From: Deferribacteres bacterium
GTDB taxonomy: Bacteria; Zhuqueibacterota; Zhuqueibacteria; Zhuqueibacterales; Geothermadaptataceae
Length of the DNA: 64,000 nt
Direction: 5' to 3'
Assembly: GCA_020633655.1 (NCBI GenBank)
Contig: JACKDF010000011.1
Location: 65,827-129,826, forward strand
The notes under the pieces were generated by a model. It searched no databases, was not told where the DNA came from, and was given only the letters and a program-made list of their open reading frames with translations. The stretch's first letter is position 1. Each line of letters opens with the position of its first letter. The translations under genes were made by a program, and so were the position numbers. Below, piece by piece: positions 57,298 through 64,000 of the stretch.

Positions 57298-59973
57298 CTA
57301 TCTTTCTTCCAGCAGTCCGAGTTTGCGCATCTTGGAGATGAGAGTTTGATCCTTTAGTCCCAACATTTTAGCCGCTCCATTTTTCCCTGTTTTTCTCCCG
57401 CCAGAGCGCTCAAGTGCTTTTAAAATATGATCCTTTTCCATTTCTTCTAATGATTGGAAATTATAGTTTTCCGGCGAGGATACCGTTTTATACAATTCCG
57501 TTGGGAGCATTAGTTTTTTGCCATGGGTAATTATGACCGCACGTTCGATAATATTGTCCAATTCACGAACGTTGCCTTGCCAATCGCTTTCCTGCAATAA
57601 GTGCATGACATGTTGTGGAATATGATCGATTTGCTTTTTTGTCTCTCGGCAGTATTTTTTTACAAGATGGTTTACCAATAAAGGTATGTCTTCTTTCCTT
57701 TCACGAAGTGGCGGGAGGGTGATAGGAAAAACATTAAGCCGATAGTACAAATCTGCTCTAAAATGGCCCTGCCGAATCGCCTCGGTTAGATCCCTGTTTG
57801 TAGCAGAAATTATCCGCACGTCTATCTGAATTTTTTTGTCAGAACCAAGTGGTTGAATTTCCTTTTCCTGCAATACCCGGAGAAGACGCAACTGCATTAC
57901 GTTGGATATATCACCGACTTCATCTAAAAAAACCGTACCACCGTTTGCGGATTCGAACAATCCTTTTCTATCTTTAATCGCACCAGTGTACGCCCCCCTT
58001 ACATGACCAAAAAGTTCGCTCTCAAGTACATCATCCGGCAATCCAGCACAATTGCTGGCCGCAAAAATTCGATTTTTACGTGGGCTATTATAATGGATTG
58101 CGCGAGCGATTAATTCTTTTCCGGTACCAGTTTCACCAAGAATAAGCACCGTTGCGTCCGTTGAAGCTACTTCTTCGACCTTTTGCAATGTATTCTTTAA
58201 TGCCTGACTATTCCCTATTATTTCCTCGAAATTCTGCTCCATTTTTATTTCTTCAAGCAGGTAATCCTTTTCATCTTCCAGTTGTCTTTTTAAATGCTCA
58301 ATTTCACTGCATAATTGTCGTTGTTGCTCCGTTTGATTCTCAGCTGTGATGCGTCTTGATCTCTCCTTTTCTGCTTCCTCTTTGAATTTGTATAAATGAA
58401 ATCGGATCTGTTGAACGAGCAACCAGGGAATGAGGCCAAGGAAGATCAAGCCATATAAAATTCGTGGGCCCCAATAGATTGTTATGTTCTGAAATAAGAA
58501 ATATTTTAACCATTGATAATGTCTTGTAAAAATACCCATCTTGAGAACGCGGAAGTAATTCTCATTGGCAACAAATAATCCAATGTTCTTAATAAAGGCT
58601 AGTTCCTGGCAATGTTCGAATCGGGTTTGCAAATTATTCTGGTACCAACCGTTTAATGTATCCGTGGGAGGGTAGGGAAAGTTGAAACTATATGTATTTT
58701 GGCGTTCTTCAATGAACCATGGCTTGAACCAAAAATTACCGCTACGGTCGGACACAATGAGTGTGGAGTATGGTTTGTCCATGATTGGATCTAATTCACA
58801 AAGAACCGCCCCCTCAAAATAAGCATTGTCGACTTTTAGCAGCGTCTCCGATTTTTCCTGGTGTATGTTTTTAAAGTTTAGATTTTCAAAACCCCCTGTC
58901 CACTTCACATACTTTACATACCCCGTGGCATCTGTTGTAATAAGTCCTGGCTCAGCATCGATAATACACATGCAGGAACCTTCTGGACGACCGGATTTTG
59001 TGTTTCCAGGTAAAGAAGTAGCATCAATTAATGTTGGATTGATTTGGTTGGAATCGTAAAATGCTGTGGAATCGAGTTTAAATAAAATGAGTTGCCCCTT
59101 TTCATTTCCCGCAAATTTTTCTGCATTTGTAGAAAAATAATACGATGCCCCTTCCATTTTGGGATGCACGGATTCTATACTCTGCCATCCGGAATAGAGC
59201 TGATAGCCAAAATCAATATGTGCAAGAGAAGTGATAGGATTTATTTCCAGTTCAATATTTTTATTTCCCCTGCCTGTAAAAATTGGATGATTTGAATCTA
59301 TAGGATTGCTGTTTTTGAATAATGGGCCAAAGAAATCCAGGAACCGTATAGTGATCTGATTATGCTTCATTTCAGCGTCGATGCCATTAAGGGAAATTGC
59401 TTGATGTACATGAACATCCGTCGTCTTTATATCTGTCAGCTTTCTGTAAATCAATTTTTTGTTTACTGCTGTAGGCGGGCAACTGTCAATAACCAGGTAA
59501 TATAGATTGAACTGATTATTATCGATTTCAAACTGACGTGGTGTTATTCCACTTTCTGATATTTGATCAATAACCCATATGGATTGTCCTTCATCGGTTG
59601 GATGGGGGAAGTTGAATTGAAGTTTTTTGATTCTCGAAAAATTAAGAAGGGTATCCTGCACTGTTTGATAGACACGTGCCCTAATAATGCCTTTGGCATT
59701 TTTATCTTTTCCCATTGGATTGATTTCAATAATGCCCGGGATAATGACTCGTTGCTGTGTTCCCATCTCAAGCTTAATATTATAGCCATGTATCAATCCA
59801 TCCTGGTTTTCAACATGCACGCCCGGGCTTTTGGAAGCTAAAAAGACCTTGGGCAACAAACTATCTTCTCTAATGCGTTTTTCAAAAAATCCTATTATGA
59901 ATGGAATTAACACGAAAACCACCAGGCAAACCCAGCGAATGACATAACGCGTTTTACTCATCGAACGTCCCAT
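57298..59973 (-). CDS. Membrane-anchored sigma-54-dependent transcriptional activator (bEBP) with large extracytoplasmic N-terminal domain
   Basis: TM1 is YVIRWVCLVVFVLIPFIIGFF and TM2 is ILYGLIFLGLIPWLLVQ at about aa 500. A coiled coil follows, then an AAA+ domain with GETGTGKE, ELFGHVRGAYTGA (a GAFTGA variant), FLDEVGD and RADLYYRLNV. The C-terminal HTH is AAKMLGLKDQTLISKMRKLGL. Confidence 0.85.
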   Translation of the reverse strand: MGRSMSKTRYVIRWVCLVVFVLIPFIIGFFEKRIREDSLLPKVFLASKSPGVHVENQDGLIHGYNIKLEMGTQQRVIIPGIIEINPMGKDKNAKGIIRARVYQTVQDTLLNFSRIKKLQFNFPHPTDEGQSIWVIDQISESGITPRQFEIDNNQFNLYYLVIDSCPPTAVNKKLIYRKLTDIKTTDVHVHQAISLNGIDAEMKHNQITIRFLDFFGPLFKNSNPIDSNHPIFTGRGNKNIELEINPITSLAHIDFGYQLYSGWQSIESVHPKMEGASYYFSTNAEKFAGNEKGQLILFKLDSTAFYDSNQINPTLIDATSLPGNTKSGRPEGSCMCIIDAEPGLITTDATGYVKYVKWTGGFENLNFKNIHQEKSETLLKVDNAYFEGAVLCELDPIMDKPYSTLIVSDRSGNFWFKPWFIEERQNTYSFNFPYPPTDTLNGWYQNNLQTRFEHCQELAFIKNIGLFVANENYFRVLKMGIFTRHYQWLKYFLFQNITIYWGPRILYGLIFLGLIPWLLVQQIRFHLYKFKEEAEKERSRRITAENQTEQQRQLCSEIEHLKRQLEDEKDYLLEEIKMEQNFEEIIGNSQALKNTLQKVEEVASTDATVLILGETGTGKELIARAIHYNSPRKNRIFAASNCAGLPDDVLESELFGHVRGAYTGAIKDRKGLFESANGGTVFLDEVGDISNVMQLRLLRVLQEKEIQPLGSDKKIQIDVRIISATNRDLTEAIRQGHFRADLYYRLNVFPITLPPLRERKEDIPLLVNHLVKKYCRETKKQIDHIPQHVMHLLQESDWQGNVRELDNIIERAVIITHGKKLMLPTELYKTVSSPENYNFQSLEEMEKDHILKALERSGGRKTGKNGAAKMLGLKDQTLISKMRKLGLLEER

Positions 59974-59985
59974 CTTAATTCCCTT

Positions 59986-60330
59986 TTAACTAGAATTCAA
60001 AGACGAATTACTGAAAATAAAACAATGACAAATGAAATGGGGTGCGTTGTGCAAAATTAAATTCGATCCCCGGATTGGATTCACACTTTTTGAATCGATG
60101 GCATTTAAAATTTTGCACAACGGGTGAAATAGATAACTTTTATCTTGTTTTTCTTGCTCGTAGGGGAGTGCGAGTTGTTGCATCATGTCTGGTTTAACTT
60201 TTTCAATGTGCATTTTGTATTCTATATATGCCCATGGAATTGCAGTAAACAAAAAAAGTACCACAGAATATATTAATTGGACTCCGATTATTTTCAATTT
60301 CCCTATTGGAGCGATTTTTTTTTTTTTCAA
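59986..60330 (-). CDS. Small membrane protein, probably co-transcribed with the activator
   Basis: 114 aa with one TM segment (GVQLIYSVVLFLFTAIPWAYI). The stop is 12 nt before the activator start. Confidence 0.45.
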   Translation of the reverse strand: MKKKKIAPIGKLKIIGVQLIYSVVLFLFTAIPWAYIEYKMHIEKVKPDMMQQLALPYEQEKQDKSYLFHPLCKILNAIDSKSVNPIRGSNLILHNAPHFICHCFIFSNSSLNSS

Positions 60331-60616
60331 TAGAGGATAATATCATTCATCGATTTAGGTCTTAAAATATCGGAATTCAAATCATTCTCGTCTGAATATT
60401 GGATTTTCGCAATGTTAAACGAACGACATGAGTTATACCATGATGATTTATGGCTAAAAATAAAAACAAAATATAGTCTAAAGCACAGCCGCGAAGGCGC
60501 AGAGTTTTCAAAAAATTTTTCTCTATGTAACTCTGCTTTTCGGCAGCTTTGCGTTTTAAAAGTTCGATTTATTTAGTTCGTAATTTAGATATCTCCTTAC
60601 ACAGAGCGATGAATTT

Positions 60617-61423
60617 CTATTCCTCTAAAATCTTCACCTCAATCTTGCGAAATTCTGTTGGATGGCTCTCTGCCTGCAATGCGATGTATCCCTCACTCAG
60701 TAATAAATCGCCGGATGCCGGGATGAGTTTTTGCGCGTCTGCATCGTTTTCATCGTACTGGGATTGTTCGTATACCAGAACGGTGTCGCCATTCACGACG
60801 TGGTAGACGTCGCCACTGCCGTGCACAATGACTTCCACCGTGACCCACTGGTCGCCATGATATGTTTCTGATATCGAGTTTGTACAGTGCTGTGTGATTA
60901 ATTCGTCGTCCATTACGATGTTCGTGCCTGGCGTGCACACATTTCCGGTTGAACGTTCGTCTGTGCCGTTGCCACCGAGAAGTTGTGCTTCTATGGATAC
61001 AGGGAAATCCTGATCCAACCGCATGCTTTCCGGTGATTGGCTGTGAAACATGATGCCGTTGTTGCGAAAAGCCCAGCCTGGTCCTCCTGGCACCTGGTCT
61101 CCAATAAAACGGTATTCCAGTCGTACCACATAATTTGAAAATGGTTTTTCATAAAAAATGTGCCCGAATTCATTATCAAATTTTTCGTATTCATCATAGG
61201 ACACGACGAGTTTACCATCTTCAACGCGGAATGTGTTTTTGTAATTGTCCCCAATCTCATGTCCTGAAATTTTGATTTTCCAACCACTGAGATCTTTACC
61301 ATTGAACAGACTGGTCCATTCTTCCTTAGGAGAACCGGAGCGACAGGACGTAAGCGCAAAGAGAAACATAAGGCTAAAAATAAAAATAGCTGACTGAACC
61401 GATTTTTTCACAAGCAGTTTCAT
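60617..61423 (-). CDS. DUF1080 (3-keto-disaccharide hydrolase-like) family secreted protein
   Basis: WTSLFNGKDLSGWK...FRVEDGKLV...NYVVRLEYR...NNGIMFHSQ...GYIALQAESHPTEFRKIEVKIL. Confidence 0.8.
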   Translation of the reverse strand: MKLLVKKSVQSAIFIFSLMFLFALTSCRSGSPKEEWTSLFNGKDLSGWKIKISGHEIGDNYKNTFRVEDGKLVVSYDEYEKFDNEFGHIFYEKPFSNYVVRLEYRFIGDQVPGGPGWAFRNNGIMFHSQSPESMRLDQDFPVSIEAQLLGGNGTDERSTGNVCTPGTNIVMDDELITQHCTNSISETYHGDQWVTVEVIVHGSGDVYHVVNGDTVLVYEQSQYDENDADAQKLIPASGDLLLSEGYIALQAESHPTEFRKIEVKILEE

Positions 61424-62058
61424 AGCGGATCCTTTGCAAATGAGTAAAAGGCATTATCACCAAAGGAGTTACTCCGTTTTCCTGTTCGACAGTGATAACT
61501 GGATTTGGTTAAAATTCAACTGGAATTTGGAATAGGACTCCTGATGTATGAAATAATAATTATTGAAAATTTAAACATAATTTTGAACATGACCAATCAA
61601 ATCTGAAAAATATTCTATACAATGAGCGAGAATATTTGTAAATTCTTGCACTATTAAATAAGTCTGCAGAGCCGACTACTAATCAACTTATCCATTCCAT
61701 AGCGTATCCGTCACGGGAAATTTCAATCCCGTGTGTGAATCTTCTCCTTTCTTCTCAAATGCGATTATTATAATCGGAAACGATAGTGCCTTTACGATTG
61801 ACGGGAAATCACATCTTTCATTTCAACTGCAGACACTGCGAATTCAGGTCGCTTTCGAATATGTAAACTTTTATTACCCGGCTGCTCAAAAAACTTGACA
61901 GGCACGAATACCCGAAGTCCTTTATCGTGCGAAGGATGTATTCTTGTTTTCTGGAGGTTTTTTGACATGTTCATGACAATGCCGGCTGCCGGGCTGAATA
62001 TATTGCTTTCGCATTGGTTTTGTTGTAAAAACTGAACTGTTTTGCAAAGGAGTGTGTC

Positions 62059-63135
62059 ATGAAAAAATGGATCGTTTTTATCGCATTATTTTCTTCTTCT
62101 GTTTGTTTCGCTCAAGAAAAACTACTCGTTCTCCAACCGTATGAACCTGCAAATACCCTCGAAGATATCAGCACAATTGGCATTTTATTCCGGCATTCGG
62201 TAGAAAATTTTTATGAGGGCAGGGTTTTGTACCATAGTACTCCCTGCCAGGACGAAGAGCAGGCAGTTGCACTTGCTGTGGAAATGCAATGCGACGAAGT
62301 TATTTTTTCTGAAATTCACCGTTTGGGTGGCAAATGGATATTCACTGCGAGTCTTCTGAGTGCAACAGGTAAAGTCGAATTTAACGAGCGCGGGACAGCA
62401 CAAAATATTGAAGACTTTGAGCCATTAACCAATCGAATGGCACGAGCGTTAATTATGCGCGAGTCTCTGGATGCTGCTGCCACAACAGAAAATATTGTGG
62501 CGCAGGAAAAAGAAGAAGGGGAAGAAGGGCGTCGATTGAGCAATTTTAGTACTGGGCTCACTATTGGTTACATTTTTCCAAGCGGAAATAATTTGGCTTA
62601 CTATGAAAGAGATGAACCGCTGTTTGGTCCAGCGAGTGAACCCCGCCTCCATACCTACACACAGATGATTAAACTGGGTTGGATGAATATATGGGAATTT
62701 CATAACAATCTTGCCGTAAGTGCGGAGGTACTTTCTTTTATTCCTGCCTCCATCGGCTGTGATGTGAATTTTCTTCATTTGAAAAAGAAAACGGATGTAA
62801 CGCCATTTTTTGGTGGCGGTATCGGTGCACACATAGTAGCGGCGGATAATCTTGAGGACAATTCAAATAAACGGAACTCCGGGCCAACTTTCAATGTGCA
62901 GGCAGGTGCCATGTTTTTTCGAACTTATAATATGCATGTATTGGCACGCGCTCAGTACCATCTCATCATTAACGAGGATAAAGATCAGGGATTGAGCCTG
63001 GATATTTCCGTTGTGATGCGGAAAAAAGAGAAAGACCGGAGCAGCAATCATTCCGATAGCTTTGATGTGCCCTTGAAATATCGAATTATTGGTGCGGTTA
63101 TCGTCGGAGCCATTGCCGCTCTTGCGGGAGAATAG
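62059..63135 (+). CDS. Hypothetical secreted / outer-membrane-like protein with C-terminal TM
   Basis: Signal peptide MKKWIVFIALFSSSVCFAQE. The second half is rich in beta-strands, and the C-terminus is IIGAVIVGAIAALAG. No family recognised. Confidence 0.5.
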   Translation: MKKWIVFIALFSSSVCFAQEKLLVLQPYEPANTLEDISTIGILFRHSVENFYEGRVLYHSTPCQDEEQAVALAVEMQCDEVIFSEIHRLGGKWIFTASLLSATGKVEFNERGTAQNIEDFEPLTNRMARALIMRESLDAAATTENIVAQEKEEGEEGRRLSNFSTGLTIGYIFPSGNNLAYYERDEPLFGPASEPRLHTYTQMIKLGWMNIWEFHNNLAVSAEVLSFIPASIGCDVNFLHLKKKTDVTPFFGGGIGAHIVAADNLEDNSNKRNSGPTFNVQAGAMFFRTYNMHVLARAQYHLIINEDKDQGLSLDISVVMRKKEKDRSSNHSDSFDVPLKYRIIGAVIVGAIAALAGE

Positions 63136-63423
63136 AGAATGGCTATGTGGATGTCTCGCTTTGAAAATTAGTTTGATTGAGTTCTGCGTGCTATATTTTC
63201 TTCGATTTTTAAAATTACTGCCAACGTCTGCTTTCGTTGTCACAGTTGAATTGTTTGTATTAAGTTTAAATTCCTTCGAGTTGTCGCTATTCAAAATTAG
63301 AGAGCTACCCGTGCCATCGCGATCAACTGCAAGCGCCGGTAGGCAGGGATTTGCGAAACAACTGCCCAAAACTCCAACCGAAAATACATAGAAATCTTCT
63401 CCAACTTGATAGCTTGCAATACG

Positions 63424-63981
63424 CTAATTTGATAAATGTATAGATCCACCACAATCGACGTAAACGATTTGTGTTCCAATACTGATAAATTCAGTCCGTA
63501 TTTTTTCTTTCGATTTTTTCCAAGCTGCATTCGCGGCCTCACTTTTTGTACCTTCACAGCTAGTTTTAATCAAAATCACAATTGATTCGTTAAAAATAAG
63601 CATAAAAGGAGAAGATTTGATCATTCTATTTTTTGCATCTTCGAGTTTTTTTATTCCGCGACAACCATCAAAACCAGAAAGGAATTTTACAATAAGATTT
63701 TGAGTGTGCATTGAATCATTGTAGCTGTATGCAAAAAATTTTAATCTTTGATAAACCTTAATTTCCCCATATTTATATTTTTCATTCGATTTGAAAGTTG
63801 TTTTAAAAATTTCAGTGAAGTTTGATTTGTCAAATATTCTAATCAAGTCCGTTTTTTCAGTAACTTCATGGTAATCGTTTGCTAAAATTTGTTTAATATT
63901 TTCCAGTATTTTGTTGAAATTTTCGCTATGTAAATTGGTCGAGAATACTACAAAATAAATAAAGCAAAATAGATATTTCAT
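63424..63981 (-). CDS. Hypothetical secreted protein
   Basis: 185-aa ORF with an N-terminal hydrophobic signal (MKYLFCFIYFVVFSTNLHS). No family recognised. Confidence 0.45.
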   Translation of the reverse strand: MKYLFCFIYFVVFSTNLHSENFNKILENIKQILANDYHEVTEKTDLIRIFDKSNFTEIFKTTFKSNEKYKYGEIKVYQRLKFFAYSYNDSMHTQNLIVKFLSGFDGCRGIKKLEDAKNRMIKSSPFMLIFNESIVILIKTSCEGTKSEAANAAWKKSKEKIRTEFISIGTQIVYVDCGGSIHLSN

Positions 63982-64000
63982 AAGTAACTCACAGTAGGAG

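Noticed and set aside
61792-61974. 60-aa ORF (MNMSKNLQKTRIHPSHDKGLRVFVPVKFFEQPG...) in the 635-bp gap before 62059
   Set aside because: No SD or family motif is recognisable and the ORF is short. It might be a gene fragment but cannot be supported.

Overview
This 64-kb window looks like it comes from an uncultivated bacterium that uses Shine-Dalgarno sites and a type IX secretion system (T9SS). Four proteins end in the NYPNPFNP-type T9SS C-terminal sorting domain. The phylum cannot be determined from sequence alone. All family calls were made by eye from motifs and remembered homologues; no searches were run.

The window falls into three parts.

(i) 1-7.4 kb is a visibly GC-richer accessory stretch.
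- A small Zn-ribbon gene is followed by a CHAT-protease / NB-ARC (STAND) / TPR gene.
- The 3' TPR part of that gene is built from near-identical 120-bp repeats and is frame-broken.
- Next comes a 1.6-kb noncoding tandem array of 4 x ~380 bp plus a terminal hairpin.
- A DUF134 / NifX-like gene pair follows.
- Several MITE-like elements share GGGGCTGWGTCAAAAC termini.

(ii) 7.4-19.4 kb holds eight recognisable genes, every one split by frameshifts. They are an MFS transporter, a DUF6125-like gene, a patatin-POTRA-Omp85 gene, an FG-GAP/ASPIC gene, an FN3 T9SS cargo gene, pstS, an M28 peptidase and ddl. The block is bracketed by MITE copies.

(iii) 19.6-64 kb contains intact genes.
- A tandem adenylate-kinase fusion.
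- A glycan-modification cluster: acyltransferase-3, carbamoyltransferase-SxtJ-DUF5989, an SGNH-like gene, two GT4 glycosyltransferases and a flippase.
- A ~2,600-aa Ig-repeat adhesin followed by a lipoprotein serine protease.
- The ffh-rpsP-KH-rimM-trmD-rplS operon and a class-III aminotransferase.
- A compact Calvin-cycle operon, rpiB-rpe-glpX-cbbM-prk, with form II RuBisCO.
- LRR/Ig and beta-gamma-crystallin T9SS cargo.
- A membrane-anchored sigma-54 activator with a candidate -24/-12 promoter next to it.

I recognised no rRNA, tRNA, CRISPR array, transposase or integrase.
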